Assembly: GCA_038816475.1 (NCBI GenBank)
Contig: JAWBAI010000003.1
Location: 62,774-126,773 of the forward strand
From: Desulfurococcaceae archaeon
GTDB taxonomy: Archaea > Thermoproteota > Thermoprotei_A > Sulfolobales > Desulfurococcaceae
Length of the DNA stretch: 64,000 nt
Direction of reading: 5' to 3'
Both the position numbers and the translations under genes were made by a program. The number at the start of each line of letters is the position of its first letter. The stretch's first letter is position 1. A model generated the notes under the pieces. It ran no database searches, had not been told where the DNA came from, and saw only the letters and a program-made list of their open reading frames with translations. Positions 50,331-59,183 of the stretch are shown piece by piece.

Positions 50331-51857
50331 TTACAGTAACTTCGAAAGAAGCCCTAAGAGCCTCAAGTACAGGTACCCTAGGCTTCTAATAACGAATCCG
50401 ATGTAGGCTAGCTTCGAGGAGAATTCAACAATGTTCTCAATAGTACTTTTGTCTACGAGAAGTGGTAGTATCGCTAGGTAGACCACCGTGTATACAGTAC
50501 CAGAGGTTACAAAGTCGAGCAACACCAAGCTCTTGAAATACCTTAATACAGCTTGTGAAGCAACTATTCCAGCAATTACCGGTATGATCGCTTTAGTGAG
50601 AGAGACGAGTGATACGTTAATTGAGAACTCTTTCCTTGCTACAACGTGCATCACGGTAGCAGATGTAGCTAAACCAATGGTGTAGGATAAAGCGGCTCCA
50701 GATGCTTTAAACAACGGAATTAGCACTAGAGCGGATACTAATGTCGACAAGGCTCCTATGACTCCTGCAATGCTATTCCACTTGGTAAACCCTGTAACTA
50801 TGAAGTATCCACCTAAAACTCCACCGGTTAGAACAGCGTTTACAATGTGGCCTATTGCGAGCAGAAGAGCATACGTTGCTGCATCCCTGTATCCTGAGCC
50901 GTAGAGGATACGAACCAAGGGTGATAGAACAGCAGTGTATCCACCAATTAGAAAGGTTAGAATAAGTGAAGAGTAAACCACTAGTACTGCAACCCTGTTC
51001 CTAAGTTCTACTTTATCCTCTATAACAGGGAGCAACGAGAGTACCGAGGCTGTAATCGAGTACATTAGGACATTGATAGGTGAAAGAGCAGTAGATCCCA
51101 CATTGTAGTTACCAATGTCGTAGTTAGATGCGTGCTGAGCAAGCACGGTTCCAACGATCGGGCTAACAACGAGCCCAGCTAAAGATGCTAGGTACAGTGG
51201 GAAAGCTAGTGAGATTATATCAAGTAGCGCTGTTTTGGAAAAAGCGGGTTTTCTAGATGTTTTCAAGAACAGTGCAAAGTACAATGCGCACAGTAGTGCA
51301 TAAGCAAAGCTGTAGGAAACAGCTACTCCGAAAGCACCCCATCCAAGTAGAACAAGGTATACGGCTACAACGCCCTTAGCAACGTACTGAGCTATATTTA
51401 TTGAACCAGCAATCCTAAATCTTCCTAGTCCAATGAAAATTTGCCCGAGTGTGTTTAGAACACTAAGAGCAAGAACATAAACTGAGAGAACTCTTATGTA
51501 GTCTGCGATGTAGGGTCTAGCTAGTAGTTGTGCGAATACATCAGCTAAAGCGTAGGTTAAGGTGAAACCTATGAATCCAAGAACGGACCTTAAGCCTATG
51601 CTCGACCACGCGTATAGATCTCTTCTCGGGTTTGAAACCGATGTGAACTTTATTAACACATTTCCCATGCCAAGGTCTAGAATGCTTACGATCATCGTTG
51701 GGTACATGAGCGATACACCAACTAGTCCATAGTCTTCAGGTCCGAGAAGCCTAGCGATAACTACGCTGAACGCGACGCCCAGCAAAAGTGCAACTAGCTG
51801 ACTAGCACTAAGTACTAGTGTTCCAGAAGCTATTCTCAGCTCAACTTGATCAGACAT
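50331..51857 (-). CDS. Oligosaccharide flippase (Wzx/MOP family)
   Basis: 'ARLLGPEDYG', 'DLGM', 'LYGSGY', 'LIP.F...GAA'; many TM helices. Confidence 0.87.
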   Translation of the reverse strand: MSDQVELRIASGTLVLSASQLVALLLGVAFSVVIARLLGPEDYGLVGVSLMYPTMIVSILDLGMGNVLIKFTSVSNPRRDLYAWSSIGLRSVLGFIGFTLTYALADVFAQLLARPYIADYIRVLSVYVLALSVLNTLGQIFIGLGRFRIAGSINIAQYVAKGVVAVYLVLLGWGAFGVAVSYSFAYALLCALYFALFLKTSRKPAFSKTALLDIISLAFPLYLASLAGLVVSPIVGTVLAQHASNYDIGNYNVGSTALSPINVLMYSITASVLSLLPVIEDKVELRNRVAVLVVYSSLILTFLIGGYTAVLSPLVRILYGSGYRDAATYALLLAIGHIVNAVLTGGVLGGYFIVTGFTKWNSIAGVIGALSTLVSALVLIPLFKASGAALSYTIGLATSATVMHVVARKEFSINVSLVSLTKAIIPVIAGIVASQAVLRYFKSLVLLDFVTSGTVYTVVYLAILPLLVDKSTIENIVEFSSKLAYIGFVIRSLGYLYLRLLGLLSKLL

Positions 51858-51970
51858 AGCGCTTCTTCCCTGCTACCTGAATACTTAGCAAACTAGTTGA
51901 AACTATTAAGGATAGTACACGCTCTTTAACCTATGAAGAGCAGAAAGCCACCTGTTCGTAGGTCACATGT

Positions 51971-53104
51971 ATGAGCGAACGCTTAAACGGAGAAGCAGTC
52001 AAGCTACCCGTCATTGGCAAGTTCATGGATGGAAGATTAATCTACAGGGTTCCACAGGGGGTACCTGGCAGAGGCTACATAGCATTCGGGATGATAGATA
52101 GAGGTACTAATGTGCTACAGGTAAGACCAACGACGATATGTCCTCAGAACTGCGTATTCTGCAGTGTTGACGCTGGTTTAAGATCAAGAAGCAGATGGGC
52201 TGAATTCATAGTTGATCAACAGGTAATAGTTGAAGAGGTTACAAAGGCTGTTGAAGAAAAGGAGTGCAACGTAGAGGTTCTACTAGATACCGTAGGCGAT
52301 GTTCTCACGTACCCTGATCTACCGGGTTTAGTAAAATCGCTGAAGAGCATAAGAAGCGTTAAAACTGTAGCTTTGGAGACTCACGGCATGTTGCTAACCA
52401 GAACGCTCGTCGACAAGCTAGCAGAAGCCGGACTAGACAGAATAAACCTGAGTATTGAAACACTGAACCCGGATAAAGCCAAGGTCCTCTATGGAACTCC
52501 CGCTTACGATCTTAGAAGAGTGATCGACGTCATCGAGTACACCATTAGGGAAACACCAATAGATGTTCACGTAACACCTGTTCTTTTACCAGGTATTAAC
52601 GAAGACGACGTAGTTGAAGTCATCAAGTGGGCAATAAGAGTAGGTGCAGGAAAGAAATGGCCGCCAGTTACTGTTCAAAAATTCATTAAGCATAAGTATG
52701 GCCGTGGAAGGAGAATAGCTGAAATGACTTGGAGTGCATTCTGGAATTACGTTGAAAAGTTGGAGCGTGAACTAGGAGTTAAACTCAGGTGGACAATGAA
52801 CGAGTGGGGAATGCACTACGCTAAGAGGATCAGCAAGATCTTAATGAAAGGCGATCTAGTAACAGTCCACATAATAGCCCGCGGCTGGCTCAGAGGAGAG
52901 TACCTAGGACTATACGATAGTAAAACACTACTAGCTGTAAACCCAGGTAAATACAGAGTTAAGATCCAGGATTCGTACGTTGTACGCGTCGTTGAAGACA
53001 AAGACGAACTATACATAGCTGAGATTGTTGGTAAACCTCAGCGTTCCACCTCAGAAGTTTTACCGAATAGAATGGTTGATGGATCACTCTCATTGGGAGA
53101 CTAA
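51971..53104 (+). CDS. Radical SAM protein (archaeal COG2100-like) with C-terminal TRAM-like domain
   Basis: CPQNCVFC, FGMIDRGTN, ETHG, GLDRINLS. Confidence 0.87.
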   Translation: MSERLNGEAVKLPVIGKFMDGRLIYRVPQGVPGRGYIAFGMIDRGTNVLQVRPTTICPQNCVFCSVDAGLRSRSRWAEFIVDQQVIVEEVTKAVEEKECNVEVLLDTVGDVLTYPDLPGLVKSLKSIRSVKTVALETHGMLLTRTLVDKLAEAGLDRINLSIETLNPDKAKVLYGTPAYDLRRVIDVIEYTIRETPIDVHVTPVLLPGINEDDVVEVIKWAIRVGAGKKWPPVTVQKFIKHKYGRGRRIAEMTWSAFWNYVEKLERELGVKLRWTMNEWGMHYAKRISKILMKGDLVTVHIIARGWLRGEYLGLYDSKTLLAVNPGKYRVKIQDSYVVRVVEDKDELYIAEIVGKPQRSTSEVLPNRMVDGSLSLGD

Positions 53105-53144
53105 GTAGTGAACGCTACTTGGTTTTTAACTAGTATCGAGAAGT

Positions 53145-53807
53145 TCACCTCAATAGCACTATGGATCTTAAGACGTCTGCGACGTCTTCACAATCATCAG
53201 CAGCTTCTTCGATGATGTCAACTATCTCCTTGATCAGAATACAGGATGACACTTTAGCTGTGCTACAGTACGATAGGACCTTCTCGAGGATGCTAGCTCT
53301 AGCCTCGTCTACTCTTTCCTCGACGTGTTCAACCTCTTCTGCGATCTCTAAAACTCGCTTCCTGTCGCCTTCAATAAGTCTTCTGGAAGCCTCAGTTAGC
53401 AAACTGACTGCTTCACGAACATTGGATGCTATCTCAATAGCCATGTTGACGATATCTAGAGGTAGATCCTCGTGAACTGCGTATGTAAGTCTTCTTGTCC
53501 ATGCTTTAGCCTTAGACGCTATGTCATCACTTGTTATAACCAGTCTTATTACCTCTTCTCTATCAATAGGGTGCAGTAGTCCTTTGGATAACTCCTCGAT
53601 TATCTTTCTCTTCACAACATCTGCTTCTCTCTCTAGCTCAAAGACCCTTCTCCACTCTTCAGCAAGCTTCTCGTAGTTTGTAGATGAGTACGCTTTTAAA
53701 GCTTCTACAGCGTGTTCAACAACCATGTAGATCTTCTCGAGGAGATTAACGTAGAGTTCTAGTGCTATGTTTTCACGAGTTCTCGAAATCCAGCTCCAGG
53801 TAGACAT
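53145..53807 (-). CDS. DUF47 / PhoU-like phosphate transport regulator
   Basis: LEREAD, PIDRE, DDIA, ADDCED; start set to MSTWSW; follows the PiT gene. Confidence 0.88.
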   Translation of the reverse strand: MSTWSWISRTRENIALELYVNLLEKIYMVVEHAVEALKAYSSTNYEKLAEEWRRVFELEREADVVKRKIIEELSKGLLHPIDREEVIRLVITSDDIASKAKAWTRRLTYAVHEDLPLDIVNMAIEIASNVREAVSLLTEASRRLIEGDRKRVLEIAEEVEHVEERVDEARASILEKVLSYCSTAKVSSCILIKEIVDIIEEAADDCEDVADVLRSIVLLR

Positions 53808-53809
53808 GG

Positions 53810-54841
53810 TTATGCACCCCTGAGTGATACTAATGCAATGTAGGTTGTTAAACCAATTACTGCAGCAACTGGTAGAGTCAGGACCCATGATAGCAGAATC
53901 ATGGCTATAACCTTCAGGTCAACGCCTTTTATACTCCTGTGCTTAGCTATACCCGCACCAATGACAGTAGCTACTGTTATGTAGGTTGTTGAAACAGGCA
54001 TTCCGTAGCCGAACAGCATGTACGGAATTGTAGTGAAAATCCACGTTGATGTAGCGGATACTAGTGAAGAAGTCATAGAACCCACTGGGTCTAACCTGGT
54101 GATTCTATAGCCAACGGTCTCAGTCACCTTTCTTCCCAGTACTGCACCACCAAGAGCTATGAATACAGCACCGTACAAAGCCAGAAGAAGCGAGCTCCCT
54201 GCTCCTAGCGCGTAAGAACCCGCGATCGAAGCCCCGATGACCGCTAAGTATACGCCCGTAGCGTTTGCTACGTCGTTAGCACCAAAGGCATAGCCATCGA
54301 AGCCTGCGAAAAACAGTGCTAACGCTTTTACAATCTTCTCGCTCGTGTGAATGGCTCTATGAGCTCTTTCAAGAACTAAGTATAACCCTGCGCTCAGAGC
54401 TATTGCTAGTACTGGAGATGTAACCCAGCTAAGCACTATTCTCTCAACAACCTTGAAGTTCACGAGTGACCAGTCACCGGTTGTAAGAATGTAAGCTAAG
54501 CCAACACCGAGTACACCGGAAACAGCGCTCTGGGATGTAGAAACCGGTAGACCGAACAGTGAGGCGAGAAGAACCCATGATATAGCGGCAATGGATGCTG
54601 CAACAGCCCCGTAGACATCAAGTGATGTGACAACACCGCGACCAAGAGTTTTCATAACCATGTATCCCTGAAGAAGAGCACCCAGTATAACACTGGTAGC
54701 GAACAGTATCACGGCAACCCTGTATCTTACCAGCCTACTGCCAACGACAACTCCTATGATATTAGCCATGTCGTTGCTTCCAATAGCAATAGCGTATGCT
54801 CCAGCAAGCCCTAGACCAATAATAAGCAGAGCAAGCTCCAC
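53810..54841 (-). CDS. PiT family inorganic phosphate transporter
   Basis: GSNDMAN and GANDVAN signatures, PVSTS/PVSTT; start set to GTG 54841. Confidence 0.92.
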   Translation of the reverse strand: MELALLIIGLGLAGAYAIAIGSNDMANIIGVVVGSRLVRYRVAVILFATSVILGALLQGYMVMKTLGRGVVTSLDVYGAVAASIAAISWVLLASLFGLPVSTSQSAVSGVLGVGLAYILTTGDWSLVNFKVVERIVLSWVTSPVLAIALSAGLYLVLERAHRAIHTSEKIVKALALFFAGFDGYAFGANDVANATGVYLAVIGASIAGSYALGAGSSLLLALYGAVFIALGGAVLGRKVTETVGYRITRLDPVGSMTSSLVSATSTWIFTTIPYMLFGYGMPVSTTYITVATVIGAGIAKHRSIKGVDLKVIAMILLSWVLTLPVAAVIGLTTYIALVSLRGA

Positions 54842-55027
54842 ATGAACCCCTATACAGCAAAACGTCCAACGAGCATTATATTCGCTATCTAAAGACACTA
54901 TATTCAACTATATACTGCTCGCGAATTCGGTGCTCTCAAGTGTTCTCGCATCTTCAGCTGTAAGTGCTGTACTACTCGCGATGATGATGATCTGAAAGGG
55001 AGCTTGCAAAGGTCGGTTTAGCGGTGC

Positions 55028-56197
55028 TCACTTTGACATGAGATAAAGGTATAGTACGAGCGACACCATGTTCGAAGTCAGTCCGTAGGAGAGAGCTATA
55101 GTGGGCGTGCTCAGTAGAGTAGTGTAGATGTAGCCTCCTACAGCCCAGAACGCACCGAACGTTACACTGAAAACTCCATACGCTATGGGTCTATTGGATG
55201 GTTCAACTATCCTAGCCAGTGCAGCCCTCATAACGCTCTCCTCTGAGCACATTACGATACCCCATGGTAGAGCTAGTACGTAGACGAAAAACCTCGGTAA
55301 AGCTGGCAGCGCGAAGATCAGTGAGAGAAAAGCGAAGGATAGTAAGGGTAGTGCTATGAACACTTTAAACCCTGCTTTATCGTAGAGAATACCTAGTGGA
55401 ACAGCTACAGCTGCGTCAACAAGCATCGCAGCAGCGTATATTAAGCCGATCTCGTAGTCACTAGCAATGTTCATGGACTTTAAGTAGTACGATGCTATAG
55501 CCCAGTGCATGAACCCCAACGCAAGAAACCCTGAAGCTACTACGTAAATCCAGTAAGCTTTATCTATTCTACGTAGAGTTGATGTGGGCTTTTTCATTGA
55601 AACGCTCCTGAGCGTAGGGTACAACCTGTAAGAAAACACCACTAGAGCTAAAGAGGCTACACCGGGTACTAGTAACAGTATGAAAGCCCATCTATAGCCA
55701 AAGTACGCTACTGCGAAAGCTACCATGAGTGGTCCTATGAAAGCACCAACCTGGTCCAATAGCTCGTGTATTCCGAAACCCTTACCTAACCCCATATCTT
55801 CTGAAACTTCAGCTAGAATAACATCTCTTGTTGGTGCTCTCAACCCCTTACCAATTCTTTCTGCTATGTATAGTGCAACAGCGTAACCCCATGCTGGTGC
55901 AAATGCTAACATTGGTATACCAAAAGCTGTTAATGCGTAGCCAGCTATTGTAAAACCCCATATGATTCCAGATGATTGGTAAATTGTAGCTAAGTAGCCG
56001 GAGAGAAGCCTGAACAAGTGTCCAACGAATTCCCCTAACCCAACGAGTGCAGCACCATAAGCTGGAGCGTTAAGCTCCTTTAAATAAGCACCACTAACAG
56101 ACCTACCACCTTCGTAAACAGCGTCGGCTAAAAGTGATACTAAACCAAGCATGTAGAAAACTATTAACGTCGTGCTCAGCTTGCCGAGTTTACGCAA
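55028..56197 (-). CDS. MFS transporter
   Basis: About 12 TM helices; ADAVYEGGRS, ERIGKGLRAP.RD, LDQVGA. Confidence 0.88.
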   Translation of the reverse strand: MRKLGKLSTTLIVFYMLGLVSLLADAVYEGGRSVSGAYLKELNAPAYGAALVGLGEFVGHLFRLLSGYLATIYQSSGIIWGFTIAGYALTAFGIPMLAFAPAWGYAVALYIAERIGKGLRAPTRDVILAEVSEDMGLGKGFGIHELLDQVGAFIGPLMVAFAVAYFGYRWAFILLLVPGVASLALVVFSYRLYPTLRSVSMKKPTSTLRRIDKAYWIYVVASGFLALGFMHWAIASYYLKSMNIASDYEIGLIYAAAMLVDAAVAVPLGILYDKAGFKVFIALPLLSFAFLSLIFALPALPRFFVYVLALPWGIVMCSEESVMRAALARIVEPSNRPIAYGVFSVTFGAFWAVGGYIYTTLLSTPTIALSYGLTSNMVSLVLYLYLMSK

Positions 56198-56289
56198 ACC
56201 CCATGCACCGCGTTAGTATCTATGTCATTGTCAAGTATTTAAGAAGGTTTCATACTATGAGTAGTGCTTCGGTACCTAGGTGTGCTTTC

Positions 56290-56892
56290 ATGAGTACTGA
56301 AGTAACAGTATCTCTAGGGAAGCTTGCTGAGGTTTTAAAGAAAAACGAGATTCAACAGTTAAGAGAAGAGCTTAGCAAAGCTAAACGAGTGGTGTTTCTA
56401 GCCTACAGAGTACCCAGGTTCAAACCACTCAAGGTAAGAGCACCCGATAAAAGACTGGTTGAGTTAAATAACGGGATTTTCAATAGACTCGAATACGCTC
56501 TGTTTAAAATCATGATAGACTCTGCTAGAAACGGTAGGTTACCGGTATTCAAGGACATAGCTGATATAGCAAGTGATTACAAGGCAACTGCAAAGTACTT
56601 AACACTACTAGCAGAATGGGGGCTAGTAGTCTTCCCGGACCCCGAGAGAGCGGCAAAGCTAAGTGATGCCATAAAAGTGATGTCAGAGAGCAAGTATCTG
56701 AGAAGAATACGCAAGGTTCTTGACCTATCTTTCGTATTGAACATTAAAGCACTTGAAGAAAACGCGTCTAGGTTGAACTGCGTATACAGAGATGAAAGAC
56801 TAGTGTGTAATTACTACTCTGAGGATCACGAGAGGGAGCAGGAGAAGATTCAGGTTAACCTCTTCAACGAGTACCTGGGAACGTTAAAGTAG
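56290..56892 (+). CDS. Hypothetical protein with possible winged-helix segment
   Basis: Protein-like ORF with AGGTG SD-like motif before ATG 56290; 'FKDIADIASDYKATAKYLTLLAEWGLV' is HTH-like. Confidence 0.6.
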   Translation: MSTEVTVSLGKLAEVLKKNEIQQLREELSKAKRVVFLAYRVPRFKPLKVRAPDKRLVELNNGIFNRLEYALFKIMIDSARNGRLPVFKDIADIASDYKATAKYLTLLAEWGLVVFPDPERAAKLSDAIKVMSESKYLRRIRKVLDLSFVLNIKALEENASRLNCVYRDERLVCNYYSEDHEREQEKIQVNLFNEYLGTLK

Positions 56893-56902
56893 GTTCACCG
56901 GA

Positions 56903-57772
56903 TCAACTGTTCAACCGGTGTTTTTCAAGCAGAATCTTCATGAAATCGAAATGAACTTTCTTCGGTGAGGGTTTGAGGCTGAGTCCTGTTTCGAACACAT
57001 AGTCGGGCTTTAGCTCTTTTACAACGTAGCGTGTTCTGAACCCCTCATAGCCTAGTTTGCTAGTAGCTTTGTTTATGACTTCTCTAACGTGGTCCATGTT
57101 TTCGTACACTAGTACCTTACTGGGTGCTACTACGACCAGCACGTTAGCTGTGTTCAGCAACTTTAGGTAGGGGGTTACGGTATCGTTGAATCCTTCTACG
57201 AAAACGAAGTCCTTCCCTGTGCTGATGGTCTTCAAGCAGTAATCTAGGTCTTCTTCAACCAGCGACGAGGTTAAGTACCTTGAGACATCACTAAAAGGTT
57301 TTGACTTGGCATTTAAACTTTCCTGTAGTTTTTCAACTATGCGTTTGCACTTTTTGCTTACTTTCTCGGTGTTCTCGGGGTGAACGTAGTGTTCTATAAA
57401 CCTCTGTTTACAGTTGTATATTCTTGTGAGAACAGATATGCTTTCTACATTTTCAAAGTTCTCCATGTAGTCTTCAACTCTCGTATACTTCAAGGGATCC
57501 GGAGGTAGTGCTGCGATAGCAATTGGATTAGATGTTGGTATGTCGTCCACGAGCATAGTCCTATAGTAAGCTAGAATATCGTTTCCAACGAGAATACCCA
57601 GTTTAATACTCTCCAGGAAGGTTCTTGGACTATACCAGATGTTATGACCAGCTACTGGTTTAAAGACACTTACACTGTAACCAGCTTTCCTAAGAGCTAA
57701 TCCCACTGAAACCGTGAACCAGGTTTTACCGGATTCATATGGTAGCAGCCCGGAGACTATCGTAATAACCAA
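56903..57772 (-). CDS. Predicted P-loop ATPase (archaeal COG4028-like; BioD/CobQ-like fold)
   Basis: GLLPYESGKT, FKPVAGHN.WY, VEGFND. Confidence 0.8.
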   Translation of the reverse strand: MVITIVSGLLPYESGKTWFTVSVGLALRKAGYSVSVFKPVAGHNIWYSPRTFLESIKLGILVGNDILAYYRTMLVDDIPTSNPIAIAALPPDPLKYTRVEDYMENFENVESISVLTRIYNCKQRFIEHYVHPENTEKVSKKCKRIVEKLQESLNAKSKPFSDVSRYLTSSLVEEDLDYCLKTISTGKDFVFVEGFNDTVTPYLKLLNTANVLVVVAPSKVLVYENMDHVREVINKATSKLGYEGFRTRYVVKELKPDYVFETGLSLKPSPKKVHFDFMKILLEKHRLNS

Positions 57773-58187
57773 TTCGTAAACCCCTTTAGTATATTCCGAA
57801 GACAGGGTTAAGGGTTTTTGGTACTGGGCAAAACATGAACTCTATATTCTAGAGCGCACTCTATATAGGTGGTTGCCCGTGTTGTTTGTTTGGGTTTGTT
57901 TAGGTGTTTCTGGTTGTCTCGGGTATTGCCGATACGGGCTTCTCCCTCAGCACCTGTTCATTGTTCGCAGGGTCATCGGGAGCTACATTGACGGGCACCA
58001 CAGAGCCCGCCTCAAGGTACACAAGTATCCTCCCGCCTCTGATGACTACCCAGCCGTCATCGAGGCGGGATACATCCACCAAGAACCTGTGGTAGCTAAA
58101 ACAGCTTAAAAACTCTTACAGAAGACACAGTCTTCAAACAGATTCTCAAATAAGATGCAATCCGATATAATGGTATCGGAGATCTGC

Positions 58188-59183
58188 ATGCGTGCCATGG
58201 TTTTGTACAGGCATAATAGCGTAGAGAAGGATCCTCTGGTGCTCTCAGAGATCGAGACTCCAACTATAGGTGAAGACGATGTTCTCATTAAAGTTTCAAA
58301 GTGCGGAGTTTGTAGAACTGATCTTCACATTGTTGAAGGTGAGTTGAAACCACCTAGACTTCCAATAGTACCTGGTCACCAGGTAGTAGGTACTGTTGTT
58401 GATGCTGGAAAGAACGTTTCAGGAGTCGCTGTTGGTGAGAGAGTAGGAGTTCCATGGCTTTACTACGCCTGTGGTAAGTGTAAGTACTGTACGAGGGGTC
58501 TAGAGAACCTGTGCTTAAACGCGCTCTTCACAGGTTACAACGTCAATGGTGGTTATGCTGAGTACATTGTAGCTAAAGCGGATTTCGTTCACAAAATACC
58601 AGAGAATATTGACGATTTACATGTAGCACCACTGCTGTGCGCGGGTGCAATAGGCTATAGAGCATTAAGGCTCAGTGGAGTCGGGGAAAACGATCTGCTC
58701 GGATTGTTCGGCTACGGTTCCTCAGCTCACCTGGTTCTTCAAATAGCCGTGAAAATGGGTATTAAGGTGTACGTGTACACCAGTAGTCCGTGGAAAGTTG
58801 AGCACGCGATTAAGCATGGTGCGGAGTGGGCTGGTCTTCCCAGCGAGGCACCACCCGTTGAACTGGATGCAGCAATAGTGTTTGCACCGGCTTCTACGGT
58901 GTTCATTGAAGCTCTCAAGAGACTTAGAGGTGGAGGTAGAGTTGTTCTAGCGGAGATATACATGACGCCAATTGAGCATCTGGACTACTCGTTACTATGG
59001 CGTGAAAGAGAAGTGAAAACCGTTGCTAATGTAACTAGAAAGGACGTAAGAGAAGTACTTGAACTAGCATCTACGCTTGGAGTAAAACCCGATGTAACAG
59101 TGTTCGAGCTTAGTAGAGCCAACGATGCACTCAAAGTTCTCAAGAGGGGTCATCTAGGACAAATAGTCCTGGATATTACCTAG
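58188..59183 (+). CDS. Zinc-dependent alcohol dehydrogenase (MDR family)
   Basis: CGVCRTDLH, PGHQ, CGKCKYC...ENLC, LLCAG, GLFGYG. Confidence 0.92.
   Translation: MRAMVLYRHNSVEKDPLVLSEIETPTIGEDDVLIKVSKCGVCRTDLHIVEGELKPPRLPIVPGHQVVGTVVDAGKNVSGVAVGERVGVPWLYYACGKCKYCTRGLENLCLNALFTGYNVNGGYAEYIVAKADFVHKIPENIDDLHVAPLLCAGAIGYRALRLSGVGENDLLGLFGYGSSAHLVLQIAVKMGIKVYVYTSSPWKVEHAIKHGAEWAGLPSEAPPVELDAAIVFAPASTVFIEALKRLRGGGRVVLAEIYMTPIEHLDYSLLWREREVKTVANVTRKDVREVLELASTLGVKPDVTVFELSRANDALKVLKRGHLGQIVLDIT

Noticed and set aside
54978-55000. ATGATGATGATCTGA resembling C/D boxes
   Set aside because: Spacing is too short to hold guide sequences.
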